Source: Escherichia coli (GTDB lineage Bacteria; Pseudomonadota; Gammaproteobacteria; Enterobacterales; Enterobacteriaceae). Taken from it: DNA of 64,000 nucleotides. The stretch lies in assembly GCF_051903065.1 (NCBI RefSeq), contig NZ_CP178439.1. One strand, given 5' to 3'. Positions 32,480-42,410 of this stretch are shown one piece after another; within the stretch, counting starts at the first letter, position 1; every line of letters begins with the position of its first letter. A model generated the notes under the pieces. The model was not told the DNA's origin. It did no database searches and was given only the letters and a program-made list of their open reading frames with translations. The position numbers and the translations under genes were made by a program.

Positions 32480-33541
32480 ATGATGGTGAAAAAATTCAAA
32501 AAGTTACTTTTAGAGTTCATTGTAGCAGTTATGCTTTCGCTTTCTATACCTGGTATGGCTATGGCAGCAGATGCTGGAGTCCCTGGGGCTATGTGTCAGT
32601 CAGCTGGAGTGTGGCAGGGCTTGATTAAGAATATCTGTTGGAGCTGCATTTTTCCCATGAGGATAATGGGCATAGGGGCTGCTCCAGAAGGCGCTGCACC
32701 TTCACGTCCGGGTTGCTACTGCACAGATCAGAACGGCGTACCGGAAATAGGTTGGCAATTGAGCTTCTTTCAGCCGGTGAAGATTGTAGAAGTTGTAAAG
32801 AGCCCCTGGTGCAGCCCCTTTCTTGAAGGCACGATGCTTCAAAAATCGCAGTTTGATATTGGTAAAAGCAACACTAATCAGCCAATGACAGCAACTGAAG
32901 CCGGATTTTACGATGTTCATCTTTGGGAGTTCCCAATCATGACAATGCTCAAATTACTGATTATTGGCGAGTGCACTGCTGAACCCTATATAGATGCCAG
33001 CCTGACCTATATAAGCGAAGTGGACCCTATGTGGGAAAGTGATCTGCTTACACTCGTCCTGAATCCCGAGGCAGTAGTTTTTGCAAACCCAATTGCCTCA
33101 ATGGTGTGCGCTGCTGACTGTGTAGCAGTAACAGCAGGAAAGGATAATCTCGCTGCATACTTTTGTGCCGGATGCGATGGCAACCTTTACCCATTAACCG
33201 GCCACATTTACGCAAATGATGACGCTGTAAGGACGAGTTCACTGATTACCCAGCGTCTTCTGACAAAACTACATCGCCAAGGCATGCTGATGCGAACGAT
33301 GGGAGCAGACGCAATGTGTGAGAAAACGTGGGAATACTTTACACCACGTTCCCAGTATCGGCTTTCAATGCTTTTCCCTACTCCTGAGGCGAAGGGACCG
33401 GATTGCTGTCATCGTCTTGGTGATTCGGTACACGACTGGTCAACCCTTAAAGGTGGGCGCAAAAAAATAGGCAACGATAATTATGTCTATATGTTGTGGC
33501 GTTACAATGACTGTTGTGTTCGCTACGTTCCGGGCGTTTGA
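32480..33541 (+). CDS. trhU: TraU-like pilus assembly protein
   Basis: Signal peptide MMVKKFKKLLLEFIVAVMLSLSIPGMAMA; Cys-rich periplasmic protein of about 350 aa as in F TraU (track start 32381). Confidence 0.6.
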   Translation: MMVKKFKKLLLEFIVAVMLSLSIPGMAMAADAGVPGAMCQSAGVWQGLIKNICWSCIFPMRIMGIGAAPEGAAPSRPGCYCTDQNGVPEIGWQLSFFQPVKIVEVVKSPWCSPFLEGTMLQKSQFDIGKSNTNQPMTATEAGFYDVHLWEFPIMTMLKLLIIGECTAEPYIDASLTYISEVDPMWESDLLTLVLNPEAVVFANPIASMVCAADCVAVTAGKDNLAAYFCAGCDGNLYPLTGHIYANDDAVRTSSLITQRLLTKLHRQGMLMRTMGADAMCEKTWEYFTPRSQYRLSMLFPTPEAKGPDCCHRLGDSVHDWSTLKGGRKKIGNDNYVYMLWRYNDCCVRYVPGV

Positions 33542-33559
33542 TTTCTAAGGAGAAAATAA

Positions 33560-36500
33560 GTGAAACTTAGAAAAACAATCACCTCAGCGATTATTGCATC
33601 AATGGTTGCCAATACTATGAGTTGGGCTTTTTATGTCACACTCATAAACATGGTAATGACACCACGTGTTTACGCTGCTGACGCTATATTTGACCAGCTC
33701 GAAAATAATTTTAACCTTGCAAATCCTAACGCAAATCGCAATGCAACCACCAGTGCTCAGGACATTGTGGAGAAATACAAGAACGCGGATTCAGGCGAGA
33801 ATGTCAGTGGGAAGATCACCGAGAAATACGTGGGTAAAGCCGAATCCGCTAATCTTAATCTCGGGAAGTATGGGGCAGGGAACTCTAATGAAAGTGTCAT
33901 GAAAAATGCCGCATCCGATGGAAAGTCTATTGGTAGCGCCGTACAACTGCCGAGTATGTCTGGAGGGACAATCAATTCAAACTACACCAAGGAAGGGGCA
34001 AAGCTGCTCTCTCGTGATGCTAATGGCAACATTGGTATAAGCAGTAATCCCAATACTACTCCTGGAACCAAAACAAATACGGGAGAGATTTTCAGCTCAG
34101 AGCAAAAGCACAGCGATATAAAGTTCAACGCCGCAGATCGTTATGGGGATGAGGATGGCTTTGTTAACGATATAAAGAATCGGAAAAGCCAGTTATTTGA
34201 TGCTCAAAGTTATGATGGCGTTGCCTACCGCACCCTCGTAAATGCTAACAAGGACAACCCGGCATCGTCTGTAAAGCCTAACGATCCCATGTTTACTGCG
34301 GGGAGAAATGAGATAACCAATGCTGTTGCTGGTACTGGAAACTGGCTTCAGAACTGTAATGTTGAGACCTCCAAAAAAACAGTAACCACACACTATCCTG
34401 ATTACAAAGAGTTCTACTGTAACTCGCCTAAGCAAGATAACTTCAGCAGCTGCACGATAACTCGTGACTTCTCTGTTCCTGTATACATTTCAGGCGGAAA
34501 CGGAGACATGTCGATGTGCGGCGATAATTGTGTGCGTATATGGTTTGGTCGCCGTGATGACAACTACTGGAGTGACGGGGTATTTAATAACGAACTGACA
34601 TTAAAATTCCATCCGGATGCAAAATTGGCCTCAGCAAAGATTGTTAACGCGGAGTGGGATGACCACATGCGGGTAACACTTGATGGCACGCAGATTTTTG
34701 CTCACATAGATGGTGCATATCGAGAAAGTGACTATCCGGCTCCAAAGGGATCTTGGGAGTTAAAAAAATCGTGGAAACTCGACAAAGTATACGATGTAAC
34801 TGAAAAGGTCAGAAAATCAGTTTATGAAGAACCTGATCGTGAAGTGACAATGGCATCCAGAGTCTGGGTTGGTGGGGGAGGTGAAGGGTACTTTGAGGTT
34901 GAGCTGACGTTTGAAAATATGAAGCTCGAAGATAAGCACGTCCAGGAACCAGCTGGTTGTTACGATGCTGTACAAACACCAAATACATTCTGCCGTTTCG
35001 ATCGGTTTAAAGATATGGATGTTGGCACGAAGCGGCTTCCGGAAAGCGTGCTTTCTATGGCAAAGCCGCTGTATGAAGGCGATAAAGGCTTTCTTACCTG
35101 GAAGACTAACCTTGAAGGCTATTTTTGTGATCCATTGGCTAAAGACAAGATTTGCTCTTATGACGCTAGTGGGAAAATTATGAAAGACGCTAATGGAAAG
35201 GACCTCTGTTACAACTACGAAGAAATTAAGAGTATGCCTGATGCATGTAGTTCTTATAAAAATGATGCAGCATGTGTACTCGATAAACAAACATGTGCAG
35301 AGGGTTGGTTCGATGAGGGCACTAACAGCTGCTACATGTATGAACAGAAATACACCTGTGACAGAGGTAAGGATGTAGTTCGTGAGGTTGAATCTTCTAC
35401 AAATGCCTGTGTTGGCATGATCCCATGTTCTGGAGGAACATGCGAAACTGGGCCAAAGGAAGAGAACAACGATTTTGGAAAAGTTGCGGCTTATTCAAAC
35501 ATGGTTCAGTACATGCAGGGCGAAGCCAAATGCGAAGACCCTAACGATGCCAATTCCTGTTCTGTCTTTGAAGGAAAACCTGAATGGTGTGGTCGTTCAG
35601 TAGGCTTTGTAAATGGCCTGGCAAAGACGGACTGCTGCGAAGCACCGCAGGGAACCGCAGGAGCACTTGAAGGTATCATGCTTGCCGGATCTATGATCAG
35701 AAACACTAACTGGACCAGAGTTAATGCTCAGCTAATAAAATGGACCGGCGGTGATACAGGTACATGGGCTTCTATGTCCAATGCGGTCGGTGAGTGGACT
35801 GCATCAGCTGGTAAAACAGTAGGGCAAATGTGGAACAATGTCACGAGCTCCTTAACGAGCGTATATGAAAACGTCGCTGGTAATCTAAGCAGGGCAGTTG
35901 GGTCTTCCGCAACTTCTGGAGGGGCAGGAGGTGCTGGCCAGTTGGCACAGGAAACAATGTCCAGCTTCGGTATAGGTCAGCTTAAGCAGATGGCAATGAA
36001 GAAAGCCTACGAATTGCTACCAGATACAGTTCGAGACTTTGTCTTTAAGAACGTTGCTACTACCGGAGGAGAGGTTGTCTTCTCGGCTGCGGTTCAAAAC
36101 TTTATGCTTGCATTAAACGTGATCGGTTGGATTTATACAGCCTATCAGGTCACTAAAATGCTTTTAGAAATGTTGGTAGCATGCGACCAGAAAGAGATGG
36201 AAGCTTCTATTCATAAGAATCAAAAATCCTGTTTTACATTAGATACGGAACGATGCGTCAAATATCTGAATGTTGGTTTCACAAAGAAATGCGTTAAAAA
36301 AGCAACAGACATGTGCTGTTATAATTCCATGTTGTCACGCGTTATTATGCAACAAGCTTATCCGCAATTAGGAATAGACCCTGTCGCCTCTAATTGCGTG
36401 GGGCTATCAATAAAGCAAATACAGCAACTGGATTTCGATAAAATTGATCTGACGGAGTGGATTAATGATGCAGTTCAGGTAGGAGAAGTTCCTGATCAAT

Positions 36501-36748
36501 ATTCAAAATTCTCCGAAGAATCAATTGTGGAAAACTTACCATTCCAGAATGAGAACTATCAACTTCCATCAGAACGTACCAAGGAAGCAATGGGCGGTGA
36601 AGAAAATATGATAAAGGCCAGACAAGAAAATGCTCAGGCTATAAAAGAGGAAAATGTAGATTGTAGCTATTTACCTCGACCGGCCATATGTGAGGTAGGT
36701 TCAACTACGCTGGATCCGGTTACGGGCAAGCAGTTGCCGAAATATTGA
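33560..36748 (+). CDS. trhN: TraN-like Cys-rich outer-membrane mating-pair-stabilisation protein
   Basis: 1062 aa; signal peptide; many Cys concentrated centrally and C-terminally, as in F TraN; GTG start after AAGGAG. Confidence 0.6.
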   Translation: MKLRKTITSAIIASMVANTMSWAFYVTLINMVMTPRVYAADAIFDQLENNFNLANPNANRNATTSAQDIVEKYKNADSGENVSGKITEKYVGKAESANLNLGKYGAGNSNESVMKNAASDGKSIGSAVQLPSMSGGTINSNYTKEGAKLLSRDANGNIGISSNPNTTPGTKTNTGEIFSSEQKHSDIKFNAADRYGDEDGFVNDIKNRKSQLFDAQSYDGVAYRTLVNANKDNPASSVKPNDPMFTAGRNEITNAVAGTGNWLQNCNVETSKKTVTTHYPDYKEFYCNSPKQDNFSSCTITRDFSVPVYISGGNGDMSMCGDNCVRIWFGRRDDNYWSDGVFNNELTLKFHPDAKLASAKIVNAEWDDHMRVTLDGTQIFAHIDGAYRESDYPAPKGSWELKKSWKLDKVYDVTEKVRKSVYEEPDREVTMASRVWVGGGGEGYFEVELTFENMKLEDKHVQEPAGCYDAVQTPNTFCRFDRFKDMDVGTKRLPESVLSMAKPLYEGDKGFLTWKTNLEGYFCDPLAKDKICSYDASGKIMKDANGKDLCYNYEEIKSMPDACSSYKNDAACVLDKQTCAEGWFDEGTNSCYMYEQKYTCDRGKDVVREVESSTNACVGMIPCSGGTCETGPKEENNDFGKVAAYSNMVQYMQGEAKCEDPNDANSCSVFEGKPEWCGRSVGFVNGLAKTDCCEAPQGTAGALEGIMLAGSMIRNTNWTRVNAQLIKWTGGDTGTWASMSNAVGEWTASAGKTVGQMWNNVTSSLTSVYENVAGNLSRAVGSSATSGGAGGAGQLAQETMSSFGIGQLKQMAMKKAYELLPDTVRDFVFKNVATTGGEVVFSAAVQNFMLALNVIGWIYTAYQVTKMLLEMLVACDQKEMEASIHKNQKSCFTLDTERCVKYLNVGFTKKCVKKATDMCCYNSMLSRVIMQQAYPQLGIDPVASNCVGLSIKQIQQLDFDKIDLTEWINDAVQVGEVPDQYSKFSEESIVENLPFQNENYQLPSERTKEAMGGEENMIKARQENAQAIKEENVDCSYLPRPAICEVGSTTLDPVTGKQLPKY

Positions 36749-36750
36749 AG

Positions 36751-36776
36751 AAGGGGCCGTTAGGCCCCTTTTTTAA
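36751..36776. terminator. Bidirectional terminator between convergent trhN and the lipoprotein gene
   Basis: AGGGGCCgttaGGCCCCT followed by TTTTTT. Confidence 0.65.
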
Positions 36777-37649
36777 TTACTTGGCTTTCAATGTTTTTTC
36801 TGGGAAGCCTTTTTTACCGTATTCACCGGTAAAGAGGTAATAATCTTTTCCGTTGATGGAGGCTGCAACACCCCCTGGAGTTGTTGTATTTGGGCTATCA
36901 GAACGGAAAATGATACCCGAAAAATCAGCGCTTGTTTCGTTTCCTTTAAATGGGATGAACACATAACGAATTACAGCGTAATCACCAGCGGGAAGGTTTA
37001 GCTGAGGAATTTCGGTTCCTGTTGCGGGGCGAATCGCCTGAAAGCTGTACATTGAATCTGTAGGGAAAACATCAGCATCAGGCTTAGAGGGCAGATCACA
37101 GGTACTCCATTTATTGACGACTGCCATATCAATTTTACATGTGGCCAGAGCTGCTTTCTGTTTTTCAGGGTTGTATCCAAATGAGGCCTGAGTTGCTTTT
37201 GTATGCTCAAAAACATACTTAGCTCCTTCACGTACCAAACTTTCATCATTGTAAGGCAATTTTTTTGGATTGGGGACGAACACTAGGTATTGATTGACCT
37301 GGATGTATTCGGCGTCAGAAGAACTGTACAAAGAGCCGAGGCTCATGATCCCAAAACCTTTTAGACCGCCTGTTACGTAGCCCATCGAACTATTGATGAG
37401 ATACTTAGAAAGAAAGTTGTCGGCATCCCCTCCAGGAGTAACCTCTTGCTCCTTAAAATTAACGTCGAAACCAGCAAACGAATAGGCATTCTTGGCGACA
37501 GAATCATTTGCTTTAGCATGCCAGTACTGGCCGTGACTGTACGCATTCAGAGCGGTGCCTGGCGTAGTGCCGGTGTCACCGGCACAACCCGATAGGGAAA
37601 AACCAATGACGACAGAAGAGACCAGAGATACTAAACGTAAAAGTTTCAT
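36777..37649 (-). CDS. Lipoprotein, unknown function
   Basis: 290 aa; lipobox LSGC after a signal peptide. Confidence 0.65.
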   Translation of the reverse strand: MKLLRLVSLVSSVVIGFSLSGCAGDTGTTPGTALNAYSHGQYWHAKANDSVAKNAYSFAGFDVNFKEQEVTPGGDADNFLSKYLINSSMGYVTGGLKGFGIMSLGSLYSSSDAEYIQVNQYLVFVPNPKKLPYNDESLVREGAKYVFEHTKATQASFGYNPEKQKAALATCKIDMAVVNKWSTCDLPSKPDADVFPTDSMYSFQAIRPATGTEIPQLNLPAGDYAVIRYVFIPFKGNETSADFSGIIFRSDSPNTTTPGGVAASINGKDYYLFTGEYGKKGFPEKTLKAK

Positions 37650-37828
37650 TTAAAGCCCTTTTTGTAATGTCTTTTGGAGATGGAACCATTATTCCATAGT
37701 CACGCGTTTCACAAACAACCTGATTGCATAAAAAAGGAAAAAAAGTGATTTCCAGTAGAACCAGCAGTACACAAGAAAAGCGCTTTTATAAAAATGTATA
37801 ATTATTAAAACGAAGTAATGAGGTTGAA

Positions 37829-39613
37829 ATGGGTAAGCCAACAGAAGAGCAAAGACCTGTTATCGAGAATGCTAGCGCAAACAATATGGTGATAGCAGCG
37901 CCTGGATCAGGCAAATCATTCACCATGATAGAAGCGGTTATATCGATTCTCAAAAAGTATCCATATGCAAGAATCGGGATGGTGACCTTTACTCGCGCTG
38001 CAACAAACGCACTTGCAGCAAAGTTACAAAAGCGATTGAGCAAGAAGGATCTTGACCGGGTGCTGGTGGATACTTTTCACGGACTCGTTAAGAAGCAACT
38101 GGACATGATTCGCTGGCCGGGAAAGATGTTGATAGGGCCAGCACAGAGATCTGTCATTCACCGGGCTTTGAAAGAATCCGGTGTAACGATGAAGTTTGCT
38201 GAAGCTGAATTCGTTATTGATGCTATCGGCAGAGAAATGGATACGGATGTGATTTCAGTTCGGCATAACAGACAACAGATCCATTTATTTAATACCTATC
38301 AGGCGTTATGCCAGAAAGACCATGTGGCGGACCTCAATGCTCTTTCAAAATTTGTTGTCGGTCAAATGCATTCGGGAAAAATGCGCACGTTAGATTTGAC
38401 ACATTTGATAGTAGACGAAGTTCAGGATACTGACTCTATACAATTCTCATGGATAGCATTGCATACAAGAGCTGGAGTCTATACGAGTATAGTTGGAGAC
38501 GATGATCAGGCCATCTACTCCTTCAGATCCTCAGGAGGAGTCAAAATATTTCAACAGTTTGAAAAACACTTCAGACCTAACATATTTTACTTAAACACAT
38601 GCTTTAGGTGTGAACCTGAAATTTTAGAGGTGGCCGGAGCACTGATAGGAAAGAATGTTTACCGTTATGCCAAAGAGTTACGCTCGGCAAAAAAGGGAGG
38701 AGGAAAGGTCACTTTTCGTTCATATGTAGATATGGAGGAACAGATACAGGGTATTTTAAGCCTTATAAATCAGGATCCACATGGATGGGCAATTCTAAGC
38801 CGCAATAATGCTCACTTGGATGAGCTAGAAAGTTTGATCGAACAGCCAGTAATTCGTTACGGAGGTAAATCATTCTGGGATGAAAAAGAAACAAGCGATG
38901 TGTTAAGCCTTATGGCCTTTTTCCGACAATCAAATGATCCTCGCTTAATGAAGAGAGTATTGGCATTGTTTGGAGAACAGGAATCAGTTTTGGATGAAGT
39001 GGCATTGAGTATGAGAGGAAGAAAAGTTACTTTTGGCGACCTTGCCATCCCGGAGGACAGTTCTCTCGAAACAAAAACATTACATTCAAACTTCGTGCGC
39101 TTTACCCAGGAAAGTACTGATAAAGTTGAGATAGCAAAACGTTTCGCCAACCTTACGAAATGGATGGAATCGTCGTCAATCAAGATGAGGAGTAATAAAG
39201 GTACAGCAACCTTAACAAAAATTGCTTTAGACACTTGTAAACAGTGGGCAGAAAAGACTGGTTGGATGAATATGATCAATCGTGCTGCTGCAATGTCATT
39301 AGGCCCTAGGAAGAAGGACGAGGAATACAGCCCAGAGAAAGTAGTCCTATCAACCTTGCATGGTTCAAAGGGTCTTGAGTGGAATAAAGTAATAATAATG
39401 AGTTGTAATGCGGATCAGATACCAAGTAAAAGATCAGTTGGGGAGGAGGCAATAGAAGAAGAAAGACGTTTGCTTTATGTTGGATTTACGCGTGCAGAAA
39501 AGCAACTTTTTGTAATGTGGTATGGTGACCCTTCTTTCTTTTTAAGAGAATGCAGTGAAGAAAAGATAAAAGAAGCAGCTAATATTCGAATTTCTCCAGT
39601 TTATACAGAATAA
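37829..39613 (+). CDS. UvrD/Rep-like superfamily 1 DNA helicase
   Basis: 594 aa; motif I AAPGSGKSFT, motif II LIVDEVQDT, motif VI VGFTRAEKQL. Confidence 0.8.
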   Translation: MGKPTEEQRPVIENASANNMVIAAPGSGKSFTMIEAVISILKKYPYARIGMVTFTRAATNALAAKLQKRLSKKDLDRVLVDTFHGLVKKQLDMIRWPGKMLIGPAQRSVIHRALKESGVTMKFAEAEFVIDAIGREMDTDVISVRHNRQQIHLFNTYQALCQKDHVADLNALSKFVVGQMHSGKMRTLDLTHLIVDEVQDTDSIQFSWIALHTRAGVYTSIVGDDDQAIYSFRSSGGVKIFQQFEKHFRPNIFYLNTCFRCEPEILEVAGALIGKNVYRYAKELRSAKKGGGKVTFRSYVDMEEQIQGILSLINQDPHGWAILSRNNAHLDELESLIEQPVIRYGGKSFWDEKETSDVLSLMAFFRQSNDPRLMKRVLALFGEQESVLDEVALSMRGRKVTFGDLAIPEDSSLETKTLHSNFVRFTQESTDKVEIAKRFANLTKWMESSSIKMRSNKGTATLTKIALDTCKQWAEKTGWMNMINRAAAMSLGPRKKDEEYSPEKVVLSTLHGSKGLEWNKVIIMSCNADQIPSKRSVGEEAIEEERRLLYVGFTRAEKQLFVMWYGDPSFFLRECSEEKIKEAANIRISPVYTE

Positions 39614-39854
39614 TTCGATATGGGCATTTACTTATGCTTAAAGCTATAGTATAAAAACAATGAGCTTAAATATCAGCTCCCAAATTTGAGTAACTTTGCT
39701 TAAAGTTACTTTCGCGTTAAGCGTTGATTTAGCCGTGAAAAGCGGCCAGCTTAAACAAGCTGTAAGACACCACCGGCAAAATGTCACCTTTGTCGCTGGT
39801 GCACTTCCCATGCCTGAAAAAGGCAATCTGAATTTACCAAACCGTAACTAATTT

Positions 39855-39877
39855 AGCTCCTCCTGGAGCTATTTTTG
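39855..39877 (+). terminator. Hairpin plus T-run downstream of the helicase gene
   Basis: AGCTCCtcctGGAGCT followed by ATTTTT. Confidence 0.45.
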
Positions 39878-40007
39878 TTGCGTACTTCTAATGCCAGATA
39901 GTATAAATCAGGCGGTTCATAGCTTACGGGAGATGAATGACAGGCTTTGCCTTCGTGTTGAAACAAAAAATTGTTTCTTCCTTCTTACTATATATAGGTG
40001 ACCCCAA

Positions 40008-40880
40008 ATGTCTAAAAATAAAGCTCGCAGTAAAGCCCTTCATCAAACCTTTAGTGAAATTATTCCAGAGATGGATAAGGCGCTAAACAAACAGCTCTTA
40101 GAAGTTCTGATGAAATATACAGAACGTGATAATGAACTGATTGTTATTTTGAATGAGGACGGCCCAAATATCATTGAACTTAAGTCTCTTAAGCCTGTGT
40201 CTTTGTTGGCCGAAAAGCTTTCTGCTTATTCAAGCTATTATCATGTGGATGTTGTGGAGCTCGTGGTCAAGAAAATTGATTTCGAAGGAGCTTATAAGCT
40301 TCTTAAAGCTTCCCCAGATGTACCACTTTTTAAAAGCTTAACTGAACTGGATAAATATCTTGTTGAGGAGTTTGAAAAATACGGATTAAATTCATTTCTT
40401 GACGTGGATAATCTGGATTACTCACTTGAAAAAGCCAGTGAACTCAAAAATGAGCAGTTAATAAATTGGGTTTCGGACATCATTTGCAAACGTGAAAAAT
40501 TAACTTTACGTAAGCGTTTTGATGTCGCAGTAAAGGCCCACTACGAAAATGTAGAAAAAATGTATGATACCATTCGTCCGTTAATGAAAAAACTGGGTTT
40601 CCCAGAAGATCTCATGACGCACACCTTTAGTGAGTTAAGCGTTTTTGAAACTAAAGGATGGGACCATGCAATAAAATCGAAAATTGAGACTCTCGCTAAG
40701 CGTGAAACTCAATATTTAGATGATGCGGCTAAAGCAGAGAATCGACGTCTTGTAACAGAGAAGTTGGAGAACTCTTTAGCGATTGCACCAACTAAACCAA
40801 CAAGAAATTGGTTACATATTGCCGGAATTGCCTGTTTGGTAGTCTGCACGTTCATGTATGTAACTAATAAATTTATTTAA
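40008..40880 (+). CDS. Hypothetical protein with C-terminal membrane anchor
   Basis: 290 aa; C-terminal hydrophobic helix WLHIAGIACLVVCTFMYV. Confidence 0.55.
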   Translation: MSKNKARSKALHQTFSEIIPEMDKALNKQLLEVLMKYTERDNELIVILNEDGPNIIELKSLKPVSLLAEKLSAYSSYYHVDVVELVVKKIDFEGAYKLLKASPDVPLFKSLTELDKYLVEEFEKYGLNSFLDVDNLDYSLEKASELKNEQLINWVSDIICKREKLTLRKRFDVAVKAHYENVEKMYDTIRPLMKKLGFPEDLMTHTFSELSVFETKGWDHAIKSKIETLAKRETQYLDDAAKAENRRLVTEKLENSLAIAPTKPTRNWLHIAGIACLVVCTFMYVTNKFI

Positions 40881-40937
40881 TCCTGTTAAGGGGGAACCCT
40901 AACGGGGCTTCTCTTTGAACAAATCGAGGAGCGGAAA

Positions 40938-41315
40938 ATGTCATATCTTGAATATATCAATGAAGTAAAAGTGTCCGGGATAGTTATCAGTGCTGTGGAG
41001 AAAAAAATGACTGACCAGAGTATAGGTTTGTTAATAAAGCTCAAAAATAGGATGAAGACAGAAGTTGATGGTGAAATCACTGAGAGAGAATTTTCAGTTC
41101 AAATCAAGGTGTCGCCTGAAATGTATTCAACCTGTTTCACTGGTATAAATCAGGGTGATGAGTTGATGGTCTCCGGTTATATTGTTGTCGATACTATTAT
41201 GATTGAAGGGAGAGAACATCCTCTTGACTACATGAGAGTGGTAGCAACAAGTAAGTTGGCTCACATACCTAAACCTCTAAAAGGTTTTGGACAAAGTAGC
41301 TTTAATCAGATCTGA
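40938..41315 (+). CDS. Hypothetical small protein
   Basis: 125-aa ORF with an RBS-like GAGGAG upstream. Confidence 0.5.
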   Translation: MSYLEYINEVKVSGIVISAVEKKMTDQSIGLLIKLKNRMKTEVDGEITEREFSVQIKVSPEMYSTCFTGINQGDELMVSGYIVVDTIMIEGREHPLDYMRVVATSKLAHIPKPLKGFGQSSFNQI

Positions 41316-41375
41316 CATTAAACCCACCCTAAAGGGGAGAAATCCCTTCATGGGATTTCTCCTTTTGGAGTCCCC

Positions 41376-42353
41376 ATGAAACAAAAATTTAGGGCTACTG
41401 CAATAAGTAGTAATCAACTTAGTTTTTTTTCTATACTCGATATAGATGAAGATGAAATAACGCAAATAGTTGATTCACCCAAAGAGCATTTAAATGATGC
41501 TTACACGTCCGGATTAAACTTTAAATCAGAAGAAAGTAACATTTCTGAGATAAATTATGATTCTGAAAGGCGTGAAAATCACCTTTATGAAAAATCCAAA
41601 TTACTTAAAAATCAGATTTTGCATACAATTAATTTTGCAACAGAAACAGATTATCTATATACGGTTGAAGAATATAACCCAGATTTGGGTGGTCTGGTAA
41701 TAGAATGGACCCCTGAGGATGTGTATGTTGTTTTTCTATCCGCTATGGAAGAGTCTTTGGAAATCATTAAAGAACTAGTGTTGAGGAGAAAGTTATTCTT
41801 CAAAGATGACAATGGTAATATCACAGTGAATCCACTTTTAGAAGCTGAAACACGGTGGTATATGTCAAAATCATTTGAATACACTTGTTTATCTCATGGA
41901 CTTGATGCATGTGAATTTAGAGCGGAATTAAAATCATGGCTCTATTATCATTCGCATCGTTCGATTAGTGAAAACACGAAATTAGCTGAATGCAGGAATG
42001 ATGATGAAATCATTTTGCATGATTGCAATGACGATATGGGCTGGGACATCTTCTTTGATCAGGATTATTTAATGTCAGAAAAAAAACTGGCTGTTAAATG
42101 GACTGACAGGGAAATTATGGATGTTTACATAAAAGCTTTTAAATCCTCATTAGAGTTGTTTGACGAGCTTGTTTCATGTGATCTGTTAACTAAACGAAAC
42201 GCTTTTGGCAAGTTAGAAATCAATCCAATATTCGAAAATCATTTTGAATGGATCATGTCTGAAGCTTTTGAAATAGTGGGAAATCATCTTGGTTATAATG
42301 TGCCTCAAATCAGGAAACTGATGGCAACTATTTGCCAAATGAATCTCAAATAA
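41376..42353 (+). CDS. Hypothetical acidic protein
   Basis: 325-aa ORF preceded by a hairpin and RBS GGAG. Confidence 0.55.
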   Translation: MKQKFRATAISSNQLSFFSILDIDEDEITQIVDSPKEHLNDAYTSGLNFKSEESNISEINYDSERRENHLYEKSKLLKNQILHTINFATETDYLYTVEEYNPDLGGLVIEWTPEDVYVVFLSAMEESLEIIKELVLRRKLFFKDDNGNITVNPLLEAETRWYMSKSFEYTCLSHGLDACEFRAELKSWLYYHSHRSISENTKLAECRNDDEIILHDCNDDMGWDIFFDQDYLMSEKKLAVKWTDREIMDVYIKAFKSSLELFDELVSCDLLTKRNAFGKLEINPIFENHFEWIMSEAFEIVGNHLGYNVPQIRKLMATICQMNLK

Positions 42354-42410
42354 AATGCCACTGGCAAACATCTGCCAGAGGGCGGTGTTTGCATTTTACC
42401 GGAGTTAAAA

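Noticed and set aside
37829-39613. UvrD-like helicase as GajB of a Gabija defence system
   Set aside because: No adjacent ATPase-TOPRIM (GajA-like) gene; the upstream neighbour is a convergent lipoprotein gene.
40938-41315. 125-aa protein as an SSB/PriB-like OB-fold protein
   Set aside because: Only a vague resemblance in size and hydrophobic pattern; no diagnostic motif.
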